A stretch of 64,000 bases of DNA from Octopus vulgaris (GCA_951406725.2 OX597821.1:77376001-77440000); one strand, 5' to 3'. Shown: positions 13,787-28,400, counted from the first letter of the stretch. Numbers and translations are program-made. Notes: a model not told the origin generated them from the sequence alone.

Positions 13787-14081
13787 GGAGGAAGTGGGGG
13801 GAGGCCACAGCGATAGTGACGAAAAGTAAACTTAACTGGAGGAACTTGTCTTCCTCCAGCACTAGCACCACCGCCACCGCCACCACCACCACCGCCATCG
13901 CCGCCACCGCCGCCACCGCCGCCACCGCCGAAGCTCAGAGGAAGCAGTTTGTATTGAAGCAGAAACGTTAATCTCTTTATAAACACGGAGACATTTTAAA
14001 ACTAAACGATTGAAAGACAAACACACAGCGCGGAATAAGCAATCTCTGTAAAACGATATAGGAATCGTGTGAATGGTGAGT
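13787..14081 (+). other. Candidate 5' exon ending in ATG|GTGAGT
   Basis: GC-rich (CCG/CCA)n tract followed by unique sequence; ATG at 14073-14075 directly precedes a consensus donor GTGAGT at 14076-14081. Confidence 0.3.
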
Positions 14082-14340
14082 AAATGTATCAACAGGCGAC
14101 TTATTTAAACACTTCGGTTGATTTGCTCAGAGATTAGAAGAGACGATGTACTGATGGACATTTCAGATCATACTAGTGCAGAACAGATCACTGGAGATCA
14201 ATTTACGTTACCGGGGATCACTTGTATCGATGAAACCATGATGTTTCGAGCTGTATACAAGGATATGTTATTGATTATCAATGTAATCCTACCAGGTGGT
14301 TTTATCATGGTTCAATGCAATACCGTTGAAACAAAAACAA

Positions 14341-14473
14341 AAACAGTTTGGGAAGGGAGTCCATTAAAAGGGATCCGTATAATATGGTAATATGTGATAT
14401 CCGCCGGAATGGAAATAGGGCAATATATGTGACCCACTGACGAAATGTTTGGAAATACTGTGGTGTATAGATA

Positions 14474-14528
<55 letters not shown>

Positions 14529-14802
14529 CATACATACGACGAGATTTTTTCAGTTTCCGTCTACCAAATCCACTCACAAGGCTTTGGTCGGACTGAGGTT
14601 ATAGTAGAAGACACTTGCCCAAGGTGCCATGCAGTGGAACTGAACACAGAATCAAGTGGTTGGTAAGCAAGCTGCTTACCAAACAGTTTGGGAAGGGAGT
14701 ACATTAAAAGAGATCCGTAATATGTGATATCTGCCGGAATGAAATTCAGTGCAATATATGTGACGCACTGACGAAATGTTTGGAAATACTGTGGTGTATT
14801 GG

Positions 14803-14853
<51 letters not shown>

Positions 14854-14857
14854 CACA

Positions 14858-14889
<32 letters not shown>

Positions 14890-15285
14890 TATATTCTTTT
14901 ATTCTTTTATGTGTTTCATTCATTTTACTGTGGGCCATGCTGGAGCACCGCCTCTAGTCGAGCAAATCGACCCCAAGACTAATTTTTTCTAAGCCTAGTA
15001 TTTATTCTATCAGCCTGTTTTGCCGAACTGCTAAGTTACAGGAACATAAACACACCACCATCGGTTGTCAAGCGATGTTGGGGGAACAAATACAGTCAAA
15101 CATACACACACACATATGTATATATATACGTACGACGAGATTCTTTCAGTTTCCGTCTACCAAATCCACTCACTAGGCTTTGGTCGGCCCGAGGTTATAG
15201 TAGAAGACACTTGCCCGAGGTGCCACGCAGAGGGACTGAACCCGGAACCATGTGGCTGGTAAGCAAGTTGCTTACCACACAGCCA
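14341..15285. repeat. Local tandem duplication of a unique ~135-bp segment plus (CA)n plus SINE A (minus strand)
   Basis: AAACAGTTTGGGAAGGGAGT...GGAAATACTGTGGTGTAT at 14341 and 14681. The first copy has only the SINE head; the second has the whole SINE (14895-15285). Confidence 0.8.
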
Positions 15286-16018
15286 CATATATATATTTAT
15301 ATACAGATGTGCGTGTGTGTGTATGTGTGTGTGTGTGTATGCGTGCGTGAATATATGTATGTATATAAGTTTGCTCATTTAGGCGGCCAACACTGATGAC
15401 GTTATTTTGGATTAGTGGTTAGCACAGTTCTGCAGTTTATGGCAGAAGTGGCGGTCGACATACATAGTTCACACACACACATAATAAATAGATAATATGA
15501 TATAATATAGATAGATAGATAGATAGATAGATAGAGTGAAGAACCTCTTTTCCTCTTTTTCCATCACCGCAATCTCCAAAACTAAGGTTGGCGAATATTT
15601 AACTGTAGATTTATCTACACTATACGTATCTTAGGCATTCTGAATTGCGCTTTGTTCCTTATTTGTGTGTGTGTGTGTGTGTGTGTGTTTATCTGTATAG
15701 ATAGAGACAGAGAGAGAAAGGGAGAGAGAGATAGGTAGGTAGAGAGATAGATACATGCATATCTTTTATCTTTTAACTTACATTTGTTTCGAACATTTGA
15801 CTGGGGCCATGCTCAGCACCATCTTCATGAATTTCTAGTCGAATGACTCGACCGCAGTTTCTTTTTAATACTTATTCTATCGGACGTTTTTGCCGAACCG
15901 GTCAGTTACGGGGATGTAAACACACCAATCACCGGTTGTCAAGCGATGGTCTCTCTCTCTCACACACACACACATACACATACACACACATACACACACA
16001 CACATACACACACATACG

Positions 16019-16076
<58 letters not shown>

Positions 16077-17057
16077 AGCAAACAAACAAAAATACAAACG
16101 CTTCGGATGAATCGAGGCTATAATACAAGCCACTTATCTAAAATGCCATGCAGTGGGACTGAACCTGGAACCATGTGGTTGGGAAGCCAGCTTCTTGCTA
16201 CACAGCCACAAATGAATGTATATTATGATGTATGTATGTATGTATGTATGTATGTATGTATGTATGTATGTATGTACGTATGTATATTTACGTGATTGTG
16301 TGCGTGTCTCTGTATGTATGTACGTTTACGTGATTGTGGTTGTTTTAGAAGGAATTGTTTTAAGTTGTTTATTAGATTATTATTACACATTCTATTTTAT
16401 GTCAGTATGCTTCTTCTTCTTCTTCTTCTTCATCTTCTTCATCTTCTTCATCTTCTTCTTTTTCTTTCTCATCTTCTCCCTCCTCCTCCTCCTCTACTTC
16501 TCCGCCTCCTCTTCCTTTTTTTTCTGACTTACATTTCGAATTCTTTGTATCACTTAACTTTCTGAAGATCTCTTAAGTGCTGTTTTGGATTAAACTCTCA
16601 AGGGACACGGCTAAGATGTGTCACATGAGTGTGATGTTGTAGGGACTACGGCTTTATATGGGTGGATATTTATACGTGTACATATTACCGTCACGCATAC
16701 ATGCACATGCACACACATTTACACACTCACACACTCACACACACACATACACACATATAATTTATGAATGCGCGTATGGTTAAAATCTAAGTTGCGTTCT
16801 CTTGGAGCACATAATGGTGAATAAATAACGTCAAAAAAATTTACAATCTCCTGATTTGATAGGCATGCATGTGTGCATGTATGGGTGGATGGATAGATGG
16901 ATGGCCGGGTGTATGTACGTATGTATAAGCGCGAACCCTGCTAAAGAAAAAGCGTTGACTAAGTCTGTAGTTTAATATCAGATTATTTTCGTTTATAACT
17001 TGACACAGAAACAAACATTAATATATGTATGCGTTCAGATACATTTATGCATACACG

Positions 17058-17098
<41 letters not shown>

Positions 17099-17130
17099 GC
17101 GCGCGCTCATACACACACGCCCACACATAA

Positions 17131-17224
<94 letters not shown>

Positions 17225-17897
17225 CTTGCACTCTGCACCCCAAAATAGTTACTTCAGTCGCCTTCCTCTCCTTTGAAACGCGAACTTTCCTTCTGCAGAG
17301 TCCGCCGGATCCAGTCTTCAAATACATAGATAGGTAAAGCCTAATATGCTAATTAACCCATGGCTGGGGCCTTGACTGATGCTTCTCCTCCAGGTCAGAA
17401 TAGACCAGTGGAAAATAGTGCAAGTAAGGCATCTTGGTCATCCAGCACATCTGTTTCCATCTCTAGTCATCTTGACCTGGTCTTAGGTGAGGGACTGAGG
17501 CCACAGTGTGAAGCTCCTCTTCACTTAACCGCGCAAAACGTCAGTTATCGTTAAGGATGACTTGGGGTTCCTCGTTGCTCCGACGGACGAACACTATGAA
17601 CACCATCGTGACTCTAAGAACACTTTGCTATTGACTGACACTACTATTATCACAACCATTACCGTTACCAACGCAATCACACCATCAACTCTACAGCTGT
17701 AGCCGAAACCATGGACATTACTACACTACCAGCAACGACTGCAACAAAACCACAACTGATTCATTTACAAAAATATCCTTCCTCCTATTAACATGGAATG
17801 AAAACTTCTTATGATTGCATGAAATGCTATCACAAACTTCGTAATCATAGTTAGAACAAAAGAAACCGGTCGACTATGTAAATGGTTTATTTCATTA

Positions 17898-17933
<36 letters not shown>

Positions 17934-18121
17934 TGTATGTATGTATGTATGTATGTATATCTTAGTCCAGCATAAAATTTCTATGATTTTTTCTTTTTAT
18001 ATTTTTCACTACAATTCACCACGGGCAAAATATTTTTTTATCGACCCTTTTCACTATATATACATGTGTGTGTGTGTGCTTGTGTGTGTGTGCCTGCGTG
18101 CGTTTGTGCGTGTGTGTGTGT

Positions 18122-18165
<44 letters not shown>

Positions 18166-18592
18166 TTACGCCTGTTTTTGTCTCATCACCACCACTTCAG
18201 AAATGGTGTTGGCTTATTTACATCTCTGTAACATTGCGCTTCAACCAAAGTAACCAACAAAATAAGCACCAGACTTAAAAAAAAAAAAACATCTACTGAG
18301 ATCGTGTTTTTCGGTTAAAGCCCGTCAATGCGGTGCCCCAGCATGGCCGCAGTCCAATGACTGATACAAGTAAAAGATAAAAGGTAACGGATTCCTATTG
18401 ATGATTGCAGAAACACATTCAAGGCCCATAATTCAAGAGCATTTAGAACTGTTAAGTGTTGCTTTGTTACAGATATGACAAATCGACTGTGTTTTTTTTT
18501 CTAATGGTTTATCTCCTGCTGGTAAATGTGTAAAACAAAGTTGAATCCGCCATTAATTGCTCTCTGAAGTGAATTTAAAATTCCATCTTTCT

Positions 18593-18656
<64 letters not shown>

Positions 18657-19347
18657 GAATGGCAAGCGGGAACTTATGTATGCATGTAATCCAGGTTACT
18701 GAGCCGTTCATGTAGCTGTGATAGTCGTTCGTTTCTTTCTTTTATTTTCTTTTATTTTTCTTTTAATGTTTTGTACTATACATGATATATTGTAGGATGT
18801 TGGTGTCGGTGTTACTTACATTTGAACCAGTCAGGATTAGTTGCGCTAACCTAAGTAATTAAGAAAGAAAAAAGCAGCTTTTCTTTCTTTTTCTTCTTTT
18901 TTTTTTTTTTTTGCTTATTGAACAAATTCGGATGGATGCTGTTGCTGTTGTTATCGTTGCAATGGTGCACTTTTTCATAACCCAAAGTCCAAAATAGTGG
19001 AGAACGCATGATCAAATATGATTCAACTGCGGCCATTCCATCTTTAATCTGGCGTATATTTTAGCATGACTACGTGTCCTTCATTTTAAAAGTGGTAGTG
19101 TGCGATTTGAGGGAGATTTGACTGTTGATTCTAGCAGCTAAAATGGCTGTTTTGAGACTTCCTCGTTCGTTCGTTCATGTTGACTGTAGTGAGATATAAG
19201 TGTTTGTTGGTCGTGATGATGATAGTTATTGTGTTGTTCTTGTAGTTGTTGTTAGTATTATTGCTGCTATTGTCTTCTTCTTCTTCTTCTTCTTCTTCTT
19301 CTTCTTCTTCTCCTTCTTCTTCTTTTTCTCCTTCTTCGTCTTCTTCT

Positions 19348-19379
<32 letters not shown>

Positions 19380-19669
19380 CAACAAGGACTCACGCCATTA
19401 GCCACAAAGAATAATCTCTAATTCGAGCCTACTCTAAGCTACTAAGAATGCGTGTAGCAACTTGAAGATCCACCCACCACACGTGATAGACTGGCGGTTG
19501 CACGGGTGCGAAAGCTACGTTCTTATCCTGATTCCGTAAACGGTAGCTTTTAACGGGTGGATAGCTGAACCATCCTGGGGTACAGAGGATTCGCAATCTA
19601 GACTAGGTTCTGAAAGTTTACCACACCATATTGGGTTACACCATGGTTCCTCTGCTCTGTGGCAGAAGT

Positions 19670-19846
19670 AGGAAGAAAGAGTGAGAGGAAGAGTTCAGCG
19701 GGGTTCACTACCACCCCGCGCCGGAGCCTCGTGGAGCTTAGGTGTTTTTGCTCAATAAACGCTCACAATGCTCGGTCTGGGAATCGAAATCGCGTTCTTA
19801 CGACCGCGAGTCCACTGCCCTAAACACTGGGCCATTGCGCCTCCAC
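19670..19846 (-). mobile_element. SINE family C, 5' half
   Basis: Same head and body as 12804-13113. Confidence 0.75.
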
Positions 19847-20650
19847 TGCTGTTGTTGTTGCGGTTGTTGCTACCGTTGTTCAGTGCCAAGCCAGTGTGCT
19901 GAAAGGCATTCCAGGCATGACATCCAGTCTTTCTAGCAGTGAGTAGTACTACATTACTGGATGACCTTTCGTTCCCAACTTTGAAGGGTGTGATCTTATG
20001 GAGATTTGGCTGCCGCTTCTAACTGGTTGAGTGACTACGCAGAGGCTCCCTCGTTGGTACGTGTAGTGTATCTTGATTGTAGTCGTGCTTGGTTGGTAGG
20101 TATGATGAGGCGGTGCTTGTGATTGTGGTTGTAGCGCTAATAGTGTTGGTCAGGGTGATGGCCGAATCAGCATGTATTTTATTCTGGCGACGATATTGAT
20201 AGTAGCACTGTTGTCGTAATGGTAGCGTTGGAGATGATGATGATGGAGGTCATAGTAGTGGTAGTGACTGTGACCATTGTGTTGTGATGAAGGCAGTAGA
20301 AAATCACGTGATATTCTTATACCAAAAACAACAAACAAATCTCCCTTGAATCACATTCTAAAGGAAGACTGGATACATCAGATGATTTAGTCCAAGATAT
20401 CATTAAATAGAACTCGGGAACGTCGTGATTGGAACGCTTTTGGTCACAGATTTGTTAGATCAGGGTTGGCCTGTAGGTAAACAACGATAGCAGCACCGGT
20501 TCAATACCACTAAGGGTATGTCAGAACGAGATGTTTGGTTCAGCAGGGATGAACGGAAAAAACCTTCGGACGTCAATATGGCGACGTGGTTAAGTGGTTT
20601 GTTTCGTAAACATTGAGTTCCTTTTTATTATATGGGTATATATACATCAA

Positions 20651-20869
20651 TACCATATTTTCTGGCACACAGCTCAATACAGCATATTCTTTAAACATGT
20701 AGAGTAAATAATCAAACACCGTCACTATCTTTCCAAGTCCTGTTGCTTTCCGCGTGCAATTTTTGGCCCTCCAGAATCATCTTGGTGTTATAAGTCCAGT
20801 TGCCTTTTATGGGGCGGGGCAGTAAATTTTGGTCTGAAAAATTCGACTTGTGTGCCAGAAAATATGGTA
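20651..20869. mobile_element. MITE (Tc1/mariner/pogo-type, TA target)
   Basis: Perfect 20-bp inverted ends TACCATATTTTCTGGCACAC (20651-20670) and GTGTGCCAGAAAATATGGTA (20850-20869). Confidence 0.8.
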
Positions 20870-20883
20870 ATGTATTCTCTCTT

Positions 20884-21142
20884 AAATAAATAAATACGCC
20901 CTTTTAAAGCCTATCCAGGCTCATGGGCCCGGTTTCCCGGTTTCAATGGCGTATGTGTTCCCCAGCTGAACGGGACACCAGTCCATCGCAGCGTTACTCA
21001 TTTTTGCCAGCTGAGTGGACTGGAGCAACGTGAAATGAAGTGTTTTGCTCAAGAACACAACGCATCGCCCGGTCCAGGAATCGAAACCACAATCTTACGA
21101 TCAGAATGCTGACACCCTAACCACTAAGCCACGCACCTCCAC
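20884..21142 (-). mobile_element. tRNA-derived SINE with 12-bp TSD
   Basis: GTATTCTCTCTT at 20872-20883 and 21143-21154; A-box TGGCTTAGTGG; B-box GTTTCGATTCC. Confidence 0.88.
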
Positions 21143-21742
21143 GTATTCTCTCTTGCTTCAACTATAATTCAAGACACATCTAAACGTGTATTATAGAAAT
21201 ATAAATCCACTCAATAATTAACCGGCATTTTATTTTAACGACCCTAGAAAATGAAAGGCAAAACCGATTTCTGTGAGATTTGAACTCAGAATGTAAAATA
21301 TCATAGCCAAATGCTGCGAGGCATTCTATTTGGTTCTTTAAAACTTCAACCAGTCTATCGCTAAAAGCATTGGAAAAATTCTTAAGAACCTATAAAACAT
21401 AACTTTATTTCTCTATTTCACTGTGACAGTAATTATAAATCTAATTAAGTTTCTAATACTCAGCAATTAATTATATTTTTAAAACAAGTAATTGCTATTG
21501 ATATGTTTCCACATTAATACACAATACTATTAATCACCATGGTAACACGTTGTTCGTATGGCATATATCTGATTTTTATTGCCAATTTTGAAAAGCTTCA
21601 ATATTTAACTTGTATCGACCTTTGTTGACCTAACGAAGAAATATGAAACAGGTGAGTCGAACCTGCCTTCATATATTTTTTTTATTTCCATTTAATTTAT
21701 TTTATTTTGCCTTTTCATCATTTAAATCTACCGACTAGACGT

Positions 21743-21757
21743 CTGCCCTCTAGTGGC
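21743..21757 (-). promoter_or_regulatory. CTCF-like core motif GCCACTAGAGGGCAG
   Basis: Close match to the bilaterian CTCF core CCACNAGRKGGCR, set in AT-rich, apparently unique sequence. Confidence 0.45.
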
Positions 21758-23381
21758 ATAAATAGAAATTACATGTGGGGTTTTAAATATTTAAAACCAT
21801 ATTCCTATCCACCAACCTTTCAATCAACATTATCCAGAAGGATTACAAGCTATGCGTTTGCTATTTCTCAGCGTTGTAATTAAACAGGTTTTAATACCAA
21901 GTCAGAAGGTTATTGATGGAGAAATGATTGATTCGTTTAGAAAATGAAATAAACAAGTGTCTCTGAGAAAGTTGATTACTAAAAATGATCTCATATAAAA
22001 TAAAATAACGGCAGGAACTGAAGTGGAGTTTAACACATAATTAACAAGCCATGCTCTAAATATGATATACTAGAAGGAGATTAACAAACAAGGCAGAACG
22101 TATTAACAGTGAGAAAGTTATAAATTACAAACAGTATTAGTGGTGATATAATACAGATCCCTCTTGATTTGGCCAACGTTTGCGTATAGAACCGATTGAA
22201 GGGATTCTTGTATACTAATGGTACATATCTTCTGGACAGCGGAGGGAGTTTCGAATAAGGTGGACTCTACGAGACTTAAATGCAGACAGTAGCGAGACAA
22301 AATTAAAAGCTACAAAATAAGAACTGTTTTAGGCAGCCCCTGTGCTTAAATGGAAACCCATGTAGAGACGAAATAATCAATCTTGAACGATCAGCTTGTG
22401 GTCGTAAATGTATATTTTCAACAGACGCCCTGTTGTACTTCTCAGCATCGCATTTCCCTGTTAAATGCAATGGTACTTCGAAATGTCAGAAATGAGTACC
22501 AAAACAAATGGCAGTGGCCGACCATGGGTGGTTGTTTCTTGCATGTTTAAATTAGAGAAACCATTAGCATTCCATTAGACTAACGGCTTTCAATATTTGC
22601 GTTCGTGGTAAGACAGCGAGCTGGAAGAATCTATAGCGCGCCGGACAAAACGCTTCGCGGCATTTCGTCCGTCTTTGCTTTCTGAGATCAGATACCGCCG
22701 GGGTTGACTTACCTTCCATCCTTTAGAGGTCGATGAAATAAGTATCGGTTGAACACTGGAGACGATGTAATCGACTGCCGCCCCTCCCAGTATTTGTGTG
22801 TGTATTTTGTTCGTGACGCAATGGGAATCAAATAAAAAAAATTACTTATGTACTTCACATGGAAAGTTAAAATATATAACAGTTATAGCTTAAAGTAGGA
22901 AAAAAATCAGAAAAATATATAAAATTTTGGATTACATTCTTTTATTAATCATACTTGTATGTAGAAACATCATAAATAATCGTTTTGCAAAATGCAGATT
23001 GATTAGTATGGGTTTTCTCAAGCATTACATACACGTATATTTACATATACATACATACATACATACATGGGTGTGTGTGTATGACAAGGAAACAAGATTC
23101 ACGTAATGTAATTCATAAGCTTACAGCTGTTTCTGCTATTAAAAGCAATGCATACACACACACACACACACATACATACATGGTGAGGCACAACCTTGAG
23201 GAAATTTAGTCGACGGAATCGGCTTCTTTCTTTATTAAGCCTAGTACTTATTCTATCGGCCATTTTGCCCAACCGCTAAGTTACGAGGACGTAAACATAC
23301 CAACAGAGATCGTCAAATGGTGGTGGGGGTCAATTACAGGCACAAAGATACGCGATCGAGCGCACACGCACATACGCATAT

Positions 23382-23426
<45 letters not shown>

Positions 23427-23615
23427 AGTGTTTGTCCACCATCGCTTGACAACCTATGCATGTGTGATTACATCCCCGTAATTTAGTGGTTCGGCAAAAG
23501 AGACCGATAGAATAAGTGCTAGGCTTACAAAGAATATGTCCTGGGGTCGATTTGTCGATTAAAAGTGGTGCTGGAGCATGGCCGTAGTCAAATGACTGAA
23601 GCAAGTAAAAGAATA

Positions 23616-24098
<483 letters not shown>

Positions 24099-24177
24099 GT
24101 ATAATTTTACCCTCATGGGCTATCCTTTACTGGAAAGCAATACTCTCGTATTGCATTACTTTTTTCATATATATATA

Positions 24178-24558
24178 TCTCTCTATATAAACGGCAGTTT
24201 GTCTGTGCGTGTTTCTGTGTGTCTGTTTGCTTGTACCCTCACCCTGACCACGGCTTTCAACCGATTCTGATGAAACTTGACACACACATAGCCCAATGTC
24301 ATAATTCAAAACTAACGCAGCGAAAATTTTGAAAAGTTCCCCCAGTTCTGAAAAAAATCGATAAATTCGACATGGGGTCGAGAATCAGAAACACAAACCG
24401 CAAACTGTCTAGGGGACGCAACTCCACCTTTTATAACTAAAAAAAAAACTTACCATAATTTTTTTCCATTTTTTTGTTATTTTTTGGCTATAACTCTCTA
24501 AAAATGCTTTATAGTTATTTCCCTTACAAACCTGAGCAACGCCGGGCGATACTGCTAG
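24178..24558 (+). mobile_element. Non-autonomous Helitron-like element
   Basis: 5' end A|TCTCTCTATATAAA; 3' GC hairpin CCTGAGCAACGCCGGG followed by CTAG|T (24555-24558); no TSD. Confidence 0.75.
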
Positions 24559-24905
24559 TTTATATATAAAAGTGAAGTTGTGTGTCTGTCTCCTACAATT
24601 TAGATTCCTAACTACTCCCACATTTTCCGGTGCAGTGTAACCAAAAGCGGGTATCTTATAGTCGTGATTCATATCGAGCCCTTCCGGGTATTAGCGCGCG
24701 TCTACGATGAGTCTACGATTTTAAAAAAAATTACCATCATGTTTTTCCATTTTAATGCATTTTTTTCGCTATTATATAAGGGAACTAACTCTCTAAAAAT
24801 GTCTACGATGAATCAACAATTTTTAAAAAATTTACGATAATTTTTTTTTCCAATTTTAATGCATTTTTTTGCTATTTTTTGGCTATAAATCTCTGAAAAT
24901 GCTTA
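24559..24905 (+). mobile_element. Second, 3'-truncated Helitron-like element directly after the first
   Basis: Begins TTTATATATAAAAGTGAAG and shares the TTACCAT..TTTTTCCATTTT..AACTCTCTAAAAATG block with 24178-24558; cut by SINE A. Confidence 0.55.
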
Positions 24906-24918
24906 CATTCTTCTTCTT

Positions 24919-25309
24919 CTTGTTTCAGTCATTTGACTGCGGCCATGCTGGAGCACCGCCTTTAGTCGAGCAAATTGACCCCAGGACTTATTCTTTGTAA
25001 GCCCAGTACTTATTCTATCGGTCTCTTTTGCCGAACCGCTAAGTAACGGGGACGTAACCACACCAGCATCGGTTGTCAAGCAATGCTAGGGGGACAAACA
25101 CAGACACACAAACACACACATATACATATATACGCATACATATATACGACAGGCTTCTTTCAATTTCCGTCTACCAAATCCACTCACAAGTCATTGGTCG
25201 GCCCGGGGCTATAGTAGAAGACACTTGCCCAAGATGTCACGCAGTGGGACTGAACCCCGAACCATGTGGTTGGTTAGCAAGCTACTTACCACACAGCCAC
25301 TCCTGCGCC
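24919..25309 (-). mobile_element. SINE family A, full length
   Basis: Complete head-to-tail match to 11752-12144 in reverse orientation. Confidence 0.88.
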
Positions 25310-25476
25310 ATTATATATATATATTCTTTCCCAATTTCGCAGTGTGTATGTGCATAAATAAATGTATTTACGGTAAATGTATTTACGGTAATTGCTTAGG
25401 TTATAATATTTCATTAATATATGTTTTGATGAACGTCAGATCTGATAACAAGATTGCTTTACACCATTCAAGGCCT

Positions 25477-28400
25477 CAGAGATCAAAGAGGGGTGCCGAC
25501 AGAGATCAAAGAGGGATGCACAGAGATCAAAGAGGGATGCACAGAGATCAAAGGGGGTGCCGACAGAGATCAAAGGGGGTGCCGACAGAGATCAAAGAGG
25601 GGTGCCGACAGAGATCAAAGAGGGTGCCGAAAGAGATCAAAGAGGGGTATCGACAGAGATAAATGAGGGTGCTGACAGAGATCAAAGAGGGTACCGACAG
25701 AGATCAATTGGGGTGCCGACAGAAATCAAAGAGAGGTGCCGACAGAGATCAAAGGGGTGCCGACAGAGATCAAAGGGGGTGCCGACAGAGACCAAAGAGG
25801 GTGCCGACAGAGATCAAAGAGGGGTGCCGACAGAGATCAAAGAGGGGTGCCGACAGAGATCAAAGGGGGTGCCGACAGAGATCAAAGAGGGTGCCGACAG
25901 AGATCAAAGGGGGGTGGCGACAGAGATCAAAGAGGGGTGCCGACAGAGATCAAAGAGGGGTGCCGACAGAGATCAAAGAGGGGTGCCGACAGAGATCAAA
26001 GGGAGTGCCGACAGAGATCAAAGGGGTGCCGACAGAGATCAAAGAGGGGTGCCGACAGAGATCAAAGGGGGTGCCGACAGAGATCAAAGAGGGGTGCCGA
26101 CAGAGATCAAAGAGGGGTGCCGACAGAGATCAAAGGGGGTGCCGACAGAGATCAAAGGGGTGTCGACAGAGATCAAAGGGATGCCGACAGAGATCAAAGA
26201 GGGGTGCCGACAGAGATCAAAGAGGGATGCACAGAGATCAAAGGGGGTGCCGACAGAGATCAAAGAGGGGTGCCGACAGAGATCAAAGAGGGTGCCGATA
26301 GAGATCAAAGAAGGGTGCCGACAGAGATCAAAGAGGGTGCCGACAGAGATCAAAGAGGGGTGCCGACAGAGATCAAGGAGGGATGCACAGAGATCAAAGG
26401 GAGTGCCGACAGAGATCAAAGGGGGTGCCGACAGAGATCAAAGAGGGGTGCCGACAGCAATCAAAGAGGGTGCCGACAGAGATCAAAGAGGGGTACCGAC
26501 AGAGATCAAAGAGGGGTGCCGACAGGAATCAAAGAAGGTGCCGACAGAGATCAAAGAGGGTGCCGACAGAGATCAAAGAGGGGTGCCGACAGAGATCAAA
26601 TGGGGTGCCGACAGAGATCAAAGAGGATGCACAGAGATCAAAGGGGTGCTGACAGAGATCAAAGGGGGTGCCGACAGAGATCAAAGAGGGGTGCCGACAG
26701 AGATCAAAGAGGGGTGCCGACAGAGATCAAAGAGAGGTGCCGACAGAGATCAAAGGGGATGCACAGAGATCAAAGGGGTGCTGACAGAGATCAAAGGGGG
26801 TGCCGACAGAGATCACAGAGGGTGCCGACAGAGATCAAAGACGGGTGCCGACAGAGATCAAAGAGGGTACCGACAGAGATCAATGGGGGTGCCGACAGAA
26901 ATCAAAGAGGTGCCGACAGAGATCAAAGAGGGTGCCGACAGAGATCAAAGAGGGTATCGACAGAGATCAAAGAGGGTGCCGACAGAGATCAAAGAGGGTA
27001 CCGACAGAGATCAATGGGGGTGCCGACAGAAATCAAAGAGAGGTGCCGACAGAGATCAAAGGGGTGCCGACAGAGATCAAAGGGGGTGCCAACAGAGACC
27101 AAAGAGAGTGCCGACAGAGATCAAAGAGGGGTGCCGACAGAGATCAAAAAGGGTGCCGACAGAGATCAAAAAGGGTGCCGACAGAGATCAAAGGGGGTGC
27201 CGACAGAGATCAAAGAGGGATGCCGACAGAGATCAAAGGGGGTGCCGACAGAGATCAAAGAGGGGTGTCGACAGAGATCAAAGAGGGGTGCCGACAGAGA
27301 TAAAAGAGGGGTGCCGACAGAGATCAAAGAAGGGTGCCGACAAGGATCAAAGAGGGTGCCGACAAAGATCAATGGGGTGCCGACAGAGATCAAAGGGAGT
27401 GCCGACAGAGATCAAAGAGGGTGCCGACAGAGATCAAAGGGGGTTCCGACTGAGATCAAAGAGGGGTGCCGACAGAGATCAAAGAGAGGTGCCGACAGAG
27501 ATCAAAAGGGGTGCCGACAGAGATCAAAGGGGTGCCGACAGAGATCAAAGGGGTGCCGACAGAGATCACAGAGGGTGCCGACAGAGATCAAAGACGGGTG
27601 CCGACAGAGATCAAAGAGGGTACCGACAGAGATCAATGGGGGTGCCGACAGAAATCAAAGAGAGGTGCCGACAGAGATCAAAGAGGGTGCCGAAAGAGAT
27701 CAAAGAGGGGTATCGACAGAGATAAAAGAGGGTGCCGACAGAGATCAAAGAGGGTACCGACAGAGATCAAAGGGGGTGCCGACAGAGATCAAAGAGGGGT
27801 GCCGACAGAGATCAAAGAGGGGTGCCGACAGAGATCAAAGGGGGTGCCGACAGAGATCAAAGAGAGTGCCGACATAGATCAAAGAGGGGTGCCGACAGAG
27901 ATCAAAAAGGGTGCCGACAGAGATCAAAGGGGGTGCCGACAGAGATCAAAGGGGTGCCGACAGAGATCAAAGAGGGATGCACAGAGATCAAAGGGGGTGC
28001 CGACAGAGATCAAATGGGGTGTCGACAGAGATCAAAGAGGGGTGCCGAAAGATATCAAAGAGGGGTGCCGATAGAGATCAAAGAAGGGTGCCGACAAGGA
28101 TCAAAGAGGGTGCCGACAAAGATCAATGGGGTGCCGACAGAGATCAAAGGGAGTGCCGACAGAGATCAAAGAGGGTGCCGACAGAGATCAAAGGGGGTTC
28201 CGACTGAGATCAAAGAGGGGTGCCGACAGAGATCAAAGATGGGTGCCGAGTGAGACCAAAGGGTTGCCGAAAGGGATCAAAGAGGGGTGCCGACAGAGAT
28301 CAAAGGAGGTACCGACAGAGATCAAAGGGGATGCCGACATAGATCAAATAGGGGTGCCGACAGAGATCAAAGAGGGGTGCCGACAGAGATCAAAGGGGGT

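Noticed and set aside
14118-14390. 90-aa + strand ORF
   Set aside because: It has a non-ATG start and no recognisable homology, and it runs into a local duplication.
15392-15400. Isolated CTGATGA/CTGAAGA words (also 16562, 24267, 34401, 47887, 49292, 58770)
   Set aside because: No properly placed helix II-GAAA-UH-helix I follows, so they were not counted as hammerheads.
18658-18702. Sushi/CCP-like peptide YACNPGY after a (CT)n-CAG acceptor
   Set aside because: An in-frame stop follows immediately and the donor is weak; probably chance.
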